Below are positions 18,317 to 27,992 of a stretch of 64,000 nt of DNA, piece by piece. This stretch comes from a virus. Lineage: Duplodnaviria; Caudoviricetes. The stretch's first letter is position 1, and each line of letters opens with the position of its first letter. The DNA lies in IMG/VR virus record IMGVR_UViG_3300011242_000002, positions 209,302 through 273,301 of that record. One strand, written 5' to 3'. Under the pieces are notes generated by a model. That model was not told the origin of the DNA and did not search any database. It saw nothing but the letters and a program-made list of their open reading frames with translations. The position numbers and the translations under genes were made by a program.

Positions 18317-19623
18317 ACCAGAAAGACTATCTCTTAGCCGCCATTCGTCATCGCGCCTACCGGGAACGTGCCTGGGTATTTAGCGTGCTGTCGATTGCCA
18401 GCCACGACTTTGACTGGACCTTCCCCGACCGGGCGCAAGGTTTAAAGGATTACCAGGTGCTTCGCACGCCTAAGGGCGACGAGCTGATGTTCTGGAACCC
18501 CGAGACCCAGCAGCTCGATACCCTGGAAGGGCTCGATCCCAACTTCCCAGTGTTCCGCCCGGACGATGAGATCGCCCTGACCCCGAGTGACTGGAGCATC
18601 ATTAAAGAACCGACGACTACCACCTTCGGGCGGATCCTGGCGAACCTGTATTACTTTTACGACGTGCTCGGCGACCGTGCCCCGTTCTTTAACAAACCCT
18701 TTAGCCGAGGGATGCTGGAAGATTACTTCAGCAAGTACTTCCGCGACCGGGACCACCCCAAGTACAACGATCCGGACACCATCACCTACGCCGAGTTCAG
18801 CGCCTGCATTAACAACGGCTATGCCATGGCGCCGTTCAGCCGGGTGTGTGTCGCCACCGCCTGTCCGGAAACCATGTACCCGCCGAAGTGGCTGGTCGAG
18901 ATGCGCGACAAGCTCTTTGCCGAGCACCGCGATCAGCTGAGTGATCCGTTGGTCATGGGGCGTATCCAGGAAGAGCTCCTCAACGCTTACAAGGCCTTCT
19001 TGGCGACCACCCCGTCGAAGAACTCCTTTATCAAGGCGAAGACCATTAACGACGCCTTTAACAAGATGTTCGTCTCCGGCGGGATCTCCACCAACTTCGG
19101 GGTCTCCACCGTGGTAACCCGTTCGCTGTACGAAGGCTGGGATTTAAAACAGCTGCCGGCCTTAGCCAACTCCTCGATCGAAGCGTCCTTTGGTCGCGGG
19201 GCCTCCACCGCGGACGGCGGGGAGAAGGTGAAGATGCTGATCCGTGCCACGCAGAACATCATGATCACTCAGGATGACTGCGGGACGACGCTTGGGGTAC
19301 CCTGGCGGGTAGACAACCACGTGGTGAAGTCGCAGGTGAACGCCTACGCCATCATCAACGGGGAAACGGTGCTGCTCGATGAAGCGATCCTGAAGGCTAA
19401 CCTTGGCAAGTCGATCCTGATCCGCTCACCTGACTTCTGCCAGAAGACCCACGGGGATTCCTGTCGCTACTGTGCGGGTGCACACAACGCCATGAACGAC
19501 CGCGGCATGTCCTCCGGGGCATCGAAGATTGGTAGTGGTATCATGCTACTCAGCATGAAGGCAATGCACAAGGGGTCTAAGATTGACTTAGTTGAGTTAG
19601 ACCTGGATGAAATCTTCTTCTAA
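18313..19623 (+). CDS. Virion RNA polymerase beta' subunit fragment (phiKZ gp80-like)
   Basis: RpoC-like RGASTADGG, DDCGT, Zn site RSPDFC...CRYCAG, SMKAMH; second copy of this region in the window, as expected for two-RNAP phages. Confidence 0.85.
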   Translation: MNQKDYLLAAIRHRAYRERAWVFSVLSIASHDFDWTFPDRAQGLKDYQVLRTPKGDELMFWNPETQQLDTLEGLDPNFPVFRPDDEIALTPSDWSIIKEPTTTTFGRILANLYYFYDVLGDRAPFFNKPFSRGMLEDYFSKYFRDRDHPKYNDPDTITYAEFSACINNGYAMAPFSRVCVATACPETMYPPKWLVEMRDKLFAEHRDQLSDPLVMGRIQEELLNAYKAFLATTPSKNSFIKAKTINDAFNKMFVSGGISTNFGVSTVVTRSLYEGWDLKQLPALANSSIEASFGRGASTADGGEKVKMLIRATQNIMITQDDCGTTLGVPWRVDNHVVKSQVNAYAIINGETVLLDEAILKANLGKSILIRSPDFCQKTHGDSCRYCAGAHNAMNDRGMSSGASKIGSGIMLLSMKAMHKGSKIDLVELDLDEIFF

Positions 19624-19645
19624 CCGAATGTAAAAGAGTACAAAC

Positions 19646-19661
19646 CTACATTATCCTTGTG
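19646..19661 (+). promoter_or_regulatory. Possible early promoter variant CTACATTATcc..GTG
   Basis: One mismatch to the TACATTAC core, same downstream GTG spacing. Confidence 0.45.
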
Positions 19662-19703
19662 ACGGGCAGTGTGCCGGTCACTTGGATAATACTAGGAGTG
19701 TAT

Positions 19704-20663
19704 ATGAACCATCTGTTGATACTAAAAATTGCCGGTACCGATTTAAAACACATGACTGTCCATGAAGAGAACAGTCTCGCCCCTCATAAGGCGACGGTGC
19801 TTAGCGAGATCAAAGCGGGCGTATTCCCCAACGCTATTTTCCAACAAGCCTATTTGGACAGCGACAGCAAACACATCGACGAAATCATTATCAGCCATCC
19901 CGGTATCAACGATGTGTGGCGCAGTGGTTTCTCACTGATTGAGGAAGCGTTGGGTCAACCTAACCGGGATGCGCGGGAGTTTAGCAATCTCGGTGACTGG
20001 ATTGGAAAACCTGCCAGCCTGATGCTGCCCGATGGCAATGCGGTTGTGGTGACGGATGCGTACAAGTATCTTGCTATGGAAGGTCTGTTTAGTGCCCCGG
20101 TCTTTTTCAACTGGTTAGATGCGAACACGGTATTGCAGCAGCCCGGTGCGGTGATGAGCCACCTGACCGCACGTGACGCTTATTATGATCAGGCGTGTCG
20201 TGTCCTTAACGGTAAGCGTGTCTTCTTTGGCTATGTCAAAGCCGGCGACGACAACCCGGTCGGGAACTTTGCCGTCACGGTGGATGGACTGCCTTATCCA
20301 TCGGTGGAGGCGGTAGCGCTGGCCTACAACATCCCAGTGGAGTGGGTGTACGATCGTTTGGACTCAACGGACGAGCAATGGCGGAACTGGACTTATGAAA
20401 CTGACCTGGTTCCTGCGGGTGCCATCACTGCCGTTAACCAGGCCGCAGACGTTACCCCTAACCAGTCTGAGCAATACACCGGGGGTGGTAACCCGAACGC
20501 CAAGCAGGTGAGTATTCGCGGCAAGATCTACCCCTCCATTGTGGATGCAGTGCGGGCCAACGCGGATTGGGATCTTACCCCGTCCATGATCCACCGGCGC
20601 CTGCGTCAGGGTGATGATGCCGAGATCTTCTACTGCGATGCCGAGGGTAACAAAATAGTATAA
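19704..20663 (+). CDS. Degenerate GIY-YIG-like protein with two NUMOD1-like DNA-binding repeats (start revised)
   Basis: AGGAG RBS; FPNAIFQQAY, NLGDWI; VTVDGLPYPSVEAVA and KQVSIRGKIYPSIVDAVR. Confidence 0.5.
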   Translation: MNHLLILKIAGTDLKHMTVHEENSLAPHKATVLSEIKAGVFPNAIFQQAYLDSDSKHIDEIIISHPGINDVWRSGFSLIEEALGQPNRDAREFSNLGDWIGKPASLMLPDGNAVVVTDAYKYLAMEGLFSAPVFFNWLDANTVLQQPGAVMSHLTARDAYYDQACRVLNGKRVFFGYVKAGDDNPVGNFAVTVDGLPYPSVEAVALAYNIPVEWVYDRLDSTDEQWRNWTYETDLVPAGAITAVNQAADVTPNQSEQYTGGGNPNAKQVSIRGKIYPSIVDAVRANADWDLTPSMIHRRLRQGDDAEIFYCDAEGNKIV

Positions 20664-20668
20664 CTAGC

Positions 20669-20697
20669 AGCAGTCCTTCGGGACTGCTTTATTTTTT
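20669..20697 (+). terminator. Intrinsic terminator with UUCG loop
   Basis: gcagtcc-ttcg-ggactgc followed by a T-rich tract. Confidence 0.85.
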
Positions 20698-20713
20698 ATC
20701 TATGGGAGGCGTC

Positions 20714-21358
20714 ATGTTGGAGTCGTTATTAGGGGGGTCACCGTCGAAATGGAGCCCGCCACCGATGGATGCGAACACGCTGTTTCGTCTGGTGGATTTT
20801 ACCACCGCGGCCGACATTGTGGATCGCAGCCCTAACGCGATTGCGGTGGCCCGTAACGGCAGTCCAACCGTTGGTGTCGATGAAGTCTACTCGTACATTT
20901 TGTTTAACGGTGGCAAGTACCTGACGTTTGCCTCAAGCCTGCTTAATCGCAGTAACGTGGAACTGACGTGGGTGGTGGGCAGCATTCCGAAATCCAACTC
21001 GTCGTATGCCAGTCCGTTGCTTGACACCCGCCCCACGGGGACCAACGGCAACTACCACATACTCAGCATTAACCAGCAGCTGACGGCGCCGTACCCCATT
21101 AACTATAACTATCCGTCCAGCAGTACCGTTCGCTTAACGAAAGGGCTCATCGGCAATGATGCGGGTCCGTACGTGATCAAGCTACAGCTGACGGATGCCA
21201 GAGCCAAGATTCTGGTGAACGGTACGGTAGCGCACGAGGTGGATACCGGATCGGCTCTGAACACGGCAAACCTGAAGCTTGGACGCAGCGCGTTCAATAA
21301 CGTGGTGGCTGATATCCAGATGCGGCTGTATTTCTTTGAAATAAAAAGCCTTACTTAA
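20714..21358 (+). CDS. Putative virion accessory protein, MLExLL family, LamG-like (start revised)
   Basis: GGAGG RBS; MLESLLG; paralog of the next gene (NTLFRL, PLLDTRPT.TNG, KLG.SAF). Confidence 0.6.
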   Translation: MLESLLGGSPSKWSPPPMDANTLFRLVDFTTAADIVDRSPNAIAVARNGSPTVGVDEVYSYILFNGGKYLTFASSLLNRSNVELTWVVGSIPKSNSSYASPLLDTRPTGTNGNYHILSINQQLTAPYPINYNYPSSSTVRLTKGLIGNDAGPYVIKLQLTDARAKILVNGTVAHEVDTGSALNTANLKLGRSAFNNVVADIQMRLYFFEIKSLT

Positions 21359-21372
21359 ACAGGGGACAGCAT

Positions 21373-22032
21373 ATGTTAGAATCCTTACTATCCAATCCAA
21401 ACGGACAGGTGGCGTGGAACGGGATATTGCCGCTGGCCGACAGCAACACGCTGTTTCGTTTAGGCGGATTTAATACCACGGCTGACATTAAAGATACGGG
21501 CGGCAAAAACATCCCCTTTAGCAACTACGGATTAGTGGCCGGGAGCGATAGCTTTGGCACATACATGAACTTCAACGGTTCATCATGGCTTGAGTTTAAG
21601 AACAGCCTGGTCAATGCTGCGGCGGTAGAGATCACGTTCATTATCGGTGGCGTAGTAAAAAACCCTAACCCATACCCACCACCGTTACTGGATACCCGAC
21701 CGACTGAAACCAACGGCTACTACTTTATCTTCCCGATCTGGTCTCACGATAGCTCTATGCTGCTGCAGACTGCCTATCCTGGCGCAGAGACCAAGGTGTC
21801 AACAGAACCGGTAAAGGCGAACCCAGTGGTGATCAAATACGTGATCAACAACCGCACCATCAAAGTCTACTGCGGTGGTAAACTGTTGATCACCTTCAAC
21901 TGGATGGACAACGGGGCCAGCGGGGCGTTTGTAGATCAATACGTTAAGCTGGGACACAGCGCCTTTGCCAGTGTCGGTGTACCCAACTTTCAGGGTAAAA
22001 TGTATTATTTTGATATCAAAAAAATTCCCTAA
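21373..22032 (+). CDS. Putative virion accessory protein, MLExLL family, LamG-like
   Basis: MLESLLS; tandem paralog of the 20714 gene. Confidence 0.6.
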   Translation: MLESLLSNPNGQVAWNGILPLADSNTLFRLGGFNTTADIKDTGGKNIPFSNYGLVAGSDSFGTYMNFNGSSWLEFKNSLVNAAAVEITFIIGGVVKNPNPYPPPLLDTRPTETNGYYFIFPIWSHDSSMLLQTAYPGAETKVSTEPVKANPVVIKYVINNRTIKVYCGGKLLITFNWMDNGASGAFVDQYVKLGHSAFASVGVPNFQGKMYYFDIKKIP

Positions 22033-22041
22033 TACAGCTAC

Positions 22042-22065
22042 TTTCATACCTACATTACTAAGGTG
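22042..22065 (+). promoter_or_regulatory. Putative early promoter with TACATTAC core
   Basis: tttcatacctacattactaaggtg matches the 12369 and 61959 motifs. Confidence 0.7.
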
Positions 22066-22123
22066 GATGCCAATCGGTGTCTGCTTTAGTAATCCACTTA
22101 TGCCCATCAATAAGGAATCTATC

Positions 22124-22489
22124 ATGACCAACCCACAACCTATCCAAGTCGTATTCGATACCCGCAGCCCAGACTTTGCTAACGGAACGCAGTACTATTC
22201 ATTGATTGATCAGGTGAACGCGCAGCTGAAGTCCGGTACGCGGCACAACAAGATCGAGGTCACCCAGTGGGAGCTGTATGAAGGCGGTAAGCTGGTAAAG
22301 GGTGATAGCGATGTTCACGTCCCGATCCATCGCCACTTCTACGTGGACGATAAGAATACTTTTGGCGGCGGGTTTATGCTGTTTGAGTTGTTCGAAGACC
22401 TGCGTTGCCATTACGAGGTTGATAAGTTTGCCCCGGGTTTGTCGCAAGATTTTGAAATGGTTTACACCATCACCGTTACGCCAGTCTAA
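22124..22489 (+). CDS. Hypothetical protein (121 aa), small paralog family (start revised)
   Basis: AAGGA RBS; KIEVTQWELYEGG pattern shared with 23810, 24111 and 24495 ORFs. Confidence 0.7.
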   Translation: MTNPQPIQVVFDTRSPDFANGTQYYSLIDQVNAQLKSGTRHNKIEVTQWELYEGGKLVKGDSDVHVPIHRHFYVDDKNTFGGGFMLFELFEDLRCHYEVDKFAPGLSQDFEMVYTITVTPV

Positions 22490-22516
22490 CGCTATTTAAC
22501 TCATAAGGTAATAAAC

Positions 22517-22936
22517 ATGCACGAAAACCTGATGTTCCATAAACTTACCCTGCTGGATCTTGTCAACCAGAGTGAAAGAGAGTTCCTGCAGTGGCGCGAG
22601 CACAAAGAAGAGCCGTTCCTGCACCGTCTCTATAAAGTGTTGGATGACGCACTTACCCATGCCCATTGTGTCAACGAATTGTTACTGGAAGACCCAACAG
22701 ATATGGGCACCACATCAATCTTCCAATCCTTTGCGAAAGCGGCGGACAGTTGTCAAGTGATGGATGCGCGCTTTATGACCACGGGATTGGGTTGGGCAGG
22801 TCAGACCAAGGTATCAGCCACCGCATTCAACACAATCAACCGTACGATCCTTCATCTAACCGAAAAGAGCGCAGAGCTGGAAGACAGCCTCCGGTTCTTG
22901 CGTCAAGCCATCCAGCGCGAAGCAGCAGGTATTTAG
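22517..22936 (+). CDS. Hypothetical protein (139 aa)
   Basis: AAGGT RBS. Confidence 0.75.
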   Translation: MHENLMFHKLTLLDLVNQSEREFLQWREHKEEPFLHRLYKVLDDALTHAHCVNELLLEDPTDMGTTSIFQSFAKAADSCQVMDARFMTTGLGWAGQTKVSATAFNTINRTILHLTEKSAELEDSLRFLRQAIQREAAGI

Positions 22937-23018
22937 TTAAGTTCAACATAACGAACCTATCTTACTGATAGTCGACTATGTCCGGCTGTATGACAGCAGC
23001 CTTTGAAAGGAGCGGTAT

Positions 23019-23810
23019 ATGTACGCGTTAGAATTGCTAACAGTATCAGGGACTGACGCTAAGCATCTGAACATCTCCACCGACAGCAATGATTTGCTCA
23101 AATGGCGGAGACTGCTACAGGAAGGGTTGTTCAAGAACAAAGACTTTCAACAGGTGTTTAGCGAATCGGCCAGTCAGAACATCGACTCGCTGAAGTTCCT
23201 CGACGCTGAGGAGAAGACCTTTGAAGATCTACGAGAGGCCCGGCGTCAGGCCTACAAGTACCTTAACACCATCGCCTGTAAGAAGGGTGAGGATCTACGC
23301 CAGATCCTGAACATCGGTGATTGGTTAGACGAGCCCGGGTATATCGGGTTTGAAGACGGCAGCAAGCAGTACACCCAGTCGCTGATTCGCGCCATCGTCC
23401 GCCTCAACGCCTGGACGGATTCCATTACCGTCAACCCGCTTCCCCAAGACCGCTGGCCCCAGGGCACCGGGGAAGGGAAAGAAGATACCAGCCAACCCAT
23501 TCCCTATCGGGATGAACAGCTGGACGTCTGTGCCTGCATCATGATCAAGCACACGGAAGACCCAGGATTTGTGGTGGTCATGACCCGGCGCTTAAATGCG
23601 TTCATGAAAAACCCACCCGCGCTGTATAATGCACTGAAAGCCAAATTACCGCGCTTTGGTCGCATGTACGATCGCTGTCAGGGTCATGACATCTATTACC
23701 AGGTAATCACCAAGGGCGACGAGGCGGTGTGTCGCAAGAAGTCGCAGGAGATGCTGGCCAAATATGTCGATGACATTCGCTGTCTTAACTTTGAATCGGG
23801 GAACTGGTAA
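23019..23810 (+). CDS. Degenerate GIY-YIG-like protein (NIGDW family)
   Basis: AGGAG RBS; GTDAKH, FKNKDFQQVF, LNIGDWLD. Confidence 0.5.
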   Translation: MYALELLTVSGTDAKHLNISTDSNDLLKWRRLLQEGLFKNKDFQQVFSESASQNIDSLKFLDAEEKTFEDLREARRQAYKYLNTIACKKGEDLRQILNIGDWLDEPGYIGFEDGSKQYTQSLIRAIVRLNAWTDSITVNPLPQDRWPQGTGEGKEDTSQPIPYRDEQLDVCACIMIKHTEDPGFVVVMTRRLNAFMKNPPALYNALKAKLPRFGRMYDRCQGHDIYYQVITKGDEAVCRKKSQEMLAKYVDDIRCLNFESGNW

Positions 23811-24121
23811 TGACCACGTCAACATACAACATCACGCTGCCGAAGTTTGAACAGGAGCACTTCAATTTCTGCAAAGGCATTCAGTCACTGCGCCAGCGTG
23901 GAATTCAGCCAAAGGTAGAGCTGGTTGGGTTTGTCGTCTACGACGGTCAGGCGGTCGCCGGTCAGGATCACACACGGCGCATTGACCTAAGCCATATCCC
24001 TGACCAGTACGGCCTGCTGGATGAACAGGAGGTTATCCTGGCGATCAATGCAGCCTACGGCAGCAGTTTCCCAGATACCTGTCAGGTGGCCAAGTCCTTA
24101 GAGGTCAGCTATGAGCCGTAA
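23810..24121 (+). CDS. Hypothetical protein (103 aa), small paralog family
   Basis: TAATG coupling; KVELVGFVVYDG. Confidence 0.7.
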   Translation: MTTSTYNITLPKFEQEHFNFCKGIQSLRQRGIQPKVELVGFVVYDGQAVAGQDHTRRIDLSHIPDQYGLLDEQEVILAINAAYGSSFPDTCQVAKSLEVSYEP

Positions 24122-24461
24122 GCACCGCATGCGTAACAACGTGCTGCTGGTTAATAACGAGGAATGGAACCAGCGCTTCTTCAAGGCCTGTCAGTTTGCC
24201 AAGGATGGGCGCTTCATGGAACAGAAGGTGGAGATCATCGCCTGGAAAGCCTACCGTCGCGGTGGGCTGATTGACCAGCGTGATGAGACCCGTATTAACA
24301 TCACCCAGGAAGCCATGTCAGGATTACAGCCCCCGAGCTTCAGTGATTACATCCGCCTTATCAACCAGCACGATCAGGCCGGTATCAATGACGACGGCTC
24401 CGTCACCCTGAGCCTGACCATCGAGATCCGTTACCTGGCGAAAAAGAAGAAGGTTGCGTAG
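24111..24461 (+). CDS. Hypothetical protein (116 aa), small paralog family
   Basis: GAGGT RBS; KVEIIAWKAYRRG. Confidence 0.7.
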   Translation: MSRKHRMRNNVLLVNNEEWNQRFFKACQFAKDGRFMEQKVEIIAWKAYRRGGLIDQRDETRINITQEAMSGLQPPSFSDYIRLINQHDQAGINDDGSVTLSLTIEIRYLAKKKKVA

Positions 24462-24494
24462 TCGATCTTATGTGTTTTATCAATTGGAGTGACC

Positions 24495-24821
24495 ATGAAA
24501 GAAACCCTCATCATCACGGACGAAGCTTACCGTAGCGACATGGAGAAGCTGTGGCGGCGTGTCCGCACTCTGCGCGACACTACCCAGTACAGTAACCTCA
24601 GCTTTACGGTGCAGCACTGGATGCTGGCCTGCGACGGGCGTAACCTGAAGTCAAGCAATAATCAGGGTGCTAACATCACCGGCTTGTTCCTGAAGCTTGG
24701 CGACGCACCCACCAACGGGGAGCTGATTGCGGCACTGGCACAATCCGGGGTGGATGTTGCCGTGGATCTTCCGGCCCGTCTCACCTTTACCCTTGACATT
24801 GACTACACCCGTGTCAGTTAA
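24495..24821 (+). CDS. Hypothetical protein (~108 aa), small paralog family
   Basis: GGAG RBS; SFTVQHWMLACDG and C-terminal LTFTLDIDY. Confidence 0.7.
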   Translation: MKETLIITDEAYRSDMEKLWRRVRTLRDTTQYSNLSFTVQHWMLACDGRNLKSSNNQGANITGLFLKLGDAPTNGELIAALAQSGVDVAVDLPARLTFTLDIDYTRVS

Positions 24822-24832
24822 ACCAGCATAAG

Positions 24833-24886
24833 CGGCATAAAAGAGCCAGGGTTCCGTCAAGGACCCTGGACTCTTTATTTATGCAG
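24833..24886. repeat. CGGCATAA-hairpin-TTATGC element
   Basis: Stem ccagggt/accctgg with outer agag/ctct, flanked by cggcataa and ttatgcag. Confidence 0.75.
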
Positions 24887-25157
24887 AGGATATTCAAAAC
24901 TGATTACTGTTACCAGCCAAGTAACAGGGTACTGCAGTGGCAAGACTTTGCTCATATAATACACAGGCTAGTAGCGATCAATAAGTAGTATTACGATACT
25001 TAATGTATATTTAATATAATTAGTGGCGGTATTCTTCTTAATTATATTAAATTTATATTGTCATAAAACCCTGTCTCGTTAGCGTTAGCTCGCTAGAAAA
25101 CAACAATGCTTTCTATACAAATAGCTAAGTATGTAATCTTTTACAAAAGGACAAGTT
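24887..25157. other. AT-rich non-coding region with a perfect 14-bp inverted repeat
   Basis: atttaatataatta (25009-25022) and taattatattaaat (25039-25052). Confidence 0.6.
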
Positions 25158-25808
25158 ATGCTGCAAGAATTAGAAAAGTTTATTCAAAACCTCGTGGTAA
25201 CGATTAGCAACCTGGACATCGGTGAGTACCCGCTGCTTACTGTCTACCGTCACCACATGGAGCTTACCCCCCATCCCAGCGATAAGCTGCACGGGTTGTT
25301 CGAGTACATCGACATGAACGATGCTGAGCTCAAAGACCTGTTCATGTGCAGCGGGGCGACCGTGGTTGATCTTAACGGATCCATGATTGGCTTACGCGTT
25401 GGCGACTACCACGGCAAGGGCGAACCCATCTACTGGATCAGCTGCGACACCAACCTGCGGCATCTGGCGATGTCCGATCAGTACGACTCGGTGGAGACCT
25501 TCCTGACCAGCATCGAAGAAGAGGAACGCCCGCTGCAGCGCATTAATCTCGGCAACTGTGGCAAGCTGATTACCTGGCGTTCAGTCCAGAACCACATCGT
25601 TAACAATCCCCGCGATCTGGTGCTGAGCTGCCTTAACCACCCGAACCGCTTCTTTACGCCGTCCCCAACGCTCTATGTGCGCATGAAGGACGCCAAGGAC
25701 AACGAAGTACTGCCCATCTCTGAATACCTCTCAGAGAGCGATCTGCGCAGCGAGGAGCCGATCTGGTTCACCGTTAGTAAAGCTGTACGTACGGCGATAG
25801 TATTATAA
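25158..25808 (+). CDS. Hypothetical protein (216 aa)
   Basis: AAGGA RBS. Confidence 0.75.
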   Translation: MLQELEKFIQNLVVTISNLDIGEYPLLTVYRHHMELTPHPSDKLHGLFEYIDMNDAELKDLFMCSGATVVDLNGSMIGLRVGDYHGKGEPIYWISCDTNLRHLAMSDQYDSVETFLTSIEEEERPLQRINLGNCGKLITWRSVQNHIVNNPRDLVLSCLNHPNRFFTPSPTLYVRMKDAKDNEVLPISEYLSESDLRSEEPIWFTVSKAVRTAIVL

Positions 25809-25815
25809 GGGGGCG

Positions 25816-26346
25816 GTGATGAGTAACGATTTTAACAATCGCGTCCACATTGCCTGCAGCAGCGCCGACGCCGGTCTACACGTGAGTGTTGCCAGCGGTT
25901 CGCCTTTTCACCCTAATCCGTACGCTGATCTGCAGATTCCCGAACCTCTTTATGAAACGCGCATTGCGAAAAAGGATGCCCCCGTGAGCCAGACTCTCCC
26001 TGATGATACCGTGACCACCATGCGGGTAACGGACTATGACCCGAACCAGCCGCTGATTGATGCCGATCGCTACAGTGAAGAGCAGCGTATTACCAATCAG
26101 CTCTCCCTGCAGGCCGACGCCCGTCTGGCGGCCTTCATGCACAACTGCCGTGCCCTGCGCGAAGCACACCCGGATGATATTAATCTGATGCTGCAGGAGT
26201 TTGCCAATAACCTGATTGATCTGTACTTTGACGGACGTTTACCACTACCCACCACCCTGCGCCACAGCACCACCATGAAGCTGGTGCTGAAAGCCGAATT
26301 GGTTAACCTGATCGCCAGCCACGGTCAGGGCAATCGCACTAAATAA
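25816..26346 (+). CDS. Hypothetical protein (~176 aa)
   Basis: Operon packing; G-rich RBS. Confidence 0.7.
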   Translation: MMSNDFNNRVHIACSSADAGLHVSVASGSPFHPNPYADLQIPEPLYETRIAKKDAPVSQTLPDDTVTTMRVTDYDPNQPLIDADRYSEEQRITNQLSLQADARLAAFMHNCRALREAHPDDINLMLQEFANNLIDLYFDGRLPLPTTLRHSTTMKLVLKAELVNLIASHGQGNRTK

Positions 26347-26370
26347 CTTCATCTAAAAAGGAAACGAACT

Positions 26371-27156
26371 ATGTTCATCAACAAACAGGCGAGGATGCTG
26401 CACATCATTCGCTTTCGTAAAGGGCCGGTGGTGTACATGCAGACCGTCGATGACGCAGCGTTAGCTGTCAGCTACTGCAACGAAGACCTGCGCACCAAGG
26501 CGTTCCGCAACCTGGAGTTTCAAACCGCCTACGAACTGGCCAAGGCGGAGATGGGGCTGCTCGACCCGGACCCGAATGACGTGGTGTTCCACCAGTTCAT
26601 TGTCAACGAGGGGCAGACCGGCTACATGGCCGGGCACTGGTTGATTCGTGACTACCTGGCGCGCCATGAAGGCCTGGACGTGATCGCCAACATCGGTGAT
26701 TGGCTGGATGCTGACGGCTTTATCGACGTTACCCCGGCCGACCAGGACCGTCGCAAGTTTATCCGTGTCACCGACATTGGCAAGTACTATGCCGAACACG
26801 GTTACTTCGATCAGGGCGTCTACCCGCTGTATATCCTGGCTGACGAGAACAACCAGATCCAGTCAAGTGGATTGATTGAAACCCACCGCGATCAGCAGCC
26901 TAAGCGTGGCGGTTATGACCGGGTGTCCTACGGTCAGGATCGTCGCCTGTTGGACTACCACGACGTGTCCATTGATCTGAGCGAAGAGCAGGAGCAGGTG
27001 ATCAGCAACAAACCGATCTCCGCCAACGGCAGACTGTACAGCAACATCAACCAGTTTGCCCACGCCCGTAATGTACCGACCTGGTTTGTGCTGGAGCAAA
27101 TCACCGCCCCGACCGAGCAGCGCTACGTCTACGCCCAGGACTGGCACTTCGTTTAA
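26371..27156 (+). CDS. Degenerate GIY-YIG-like protein (NIGDW family) with a C-terminal NUMOD1-like motif
   Basis: FRNLEFQTAY, ANIGDWLD, KPISANGRLYSNINQFA. Confidence 0.5.
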   Translation: MFINKQARMLHIIRFRKGPVVYMQTVDDAALAVSYCNEDLRTKAFRNLEFQTAYELAKAEMGLLDPDPNDVVFHQFIVNEGQTGYMAGHWLIRDYLARHEGLDVIANIGDWLDADGFIDVTPADQDRRKFIRVTDIGKYYAEHGYFDQGVYPLYILADENNQIQSSGLIETHRDQQPKRGGYDRVSYGQDRRLLDYHDVSIDLSEEQEQVISNKPISANGRLYSNINQFAHARNVPTWFVLEQITAPTEQRYVYAQDWHFV

Positions 27157-27160
27157 GCAA

Positions 27161-27194
27161 GGAGGGGCTTCGGCCCCTCTTCTTTTTTTTTTTT
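27161..27194 (+). terminator. Intrinsic terminator with UUCG loop
   Basis: gaggggc-ttcg-gcccctc followed by a long T run. Confidence 0.88.
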
Positions 27195-27243
27195 GACCTC
27201 ATCCTATGTGATCACCCCCTTTTGATAACGAAGAGGATTACAT

Positions 27244-27984
27244 ATGGGCAAGCGTAGCAAAACAGCCACCAAGGAGAATTCCGTGGAAGAAGTACAGAAA
27301 GATGAACAGCTGCCGGTTTCTGAAGAAAGCACCGAGCAGCAACCCGAAGACACCAATACCGATGGTGAGTCGTCCGTGGGCGAAGAATCCCCAGCATCTG
27401 GCTCCGAAGATGAGGCCGGTGTGGATGGTAGTGGTGGCGACAGTGTGGATGGCGATACTGACGCTGCTGCACCTGTGGTGGATGAGTCTATCACCACCCT
27501 GAGTCAGCTGGCTGCTGTGGCGCCGGTTGTCCCGACCGTGGCCGAGCTGCGTTCTGATAAAGCCGAAGCCATCATTGGCTACATCCGCGAGTACGTGGAC
27601 CACATGGATCCATCCAAGTACCAGGATGCCAAGTCCGGTGTGCCACACCAGAAACGTCTGTACAGTATGCTGGTTGAGCTGATGAAGCTTGAGTTCCTGG
27701 ACTTCAAGCTCGGGATGGACCTGCTGCTGAAGCTGATCTTTGAATACCGCCATGCGGCGTTCAGCGAGCTCTACAGCCGTCGTTTCTTTGAGAACCTGTA
27801 TCCGCAGCTGACCCAGGCGCAGATCCGTGAGTTCGACGACATCCTGTCGATCCTGGTTACCGTCGGTGCATCGGCTAACCGCAGCCGTGCCATGACCCAG
27901 GTAGATCTCGGTGCCGCACTGAAAGGCGTGAAGAACGCCAAGGCGCAGCAGAACATGTCCGCTTACTTCTCTGCCCTGCGTTAA
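27244..27984 (+). CDS. Hypothetical protein with an acidic, likely disordered N-terminus
   Basis: GAGGA RBS; preceded by ATCCTATG; D/E/S-rich first ~80 aa. Confidence 0.7.
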   Translation: MGKRSKTATKENSVEEVQKDEQLPVSEESTEQQPEDTNTDGESSVGEESPASGSEDEAGVDGSGGDSVDGDTDAAAPVVDESITTLSQLAAVAPVVPTVAELRSDKAEAIIGYIREYVDHMDPSKYQDAKSGVPHQKRLYSMLVELMKLEFLDFKLGMDLLLKLIFEYRHAAFSELYSRRFFENLYPQLTQAQIREFDDILSILVTVGASANRSRAMTQVDLGAALKGVKNAKAQQNMSAYFSALR

Positions 27985-27992
27985 TCCTTAAT

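Noticed and set aside
24881-24988. 35-codon ORF in the AT-rich region
   Set aside because: It starts inside the repeat element flank with no RBS
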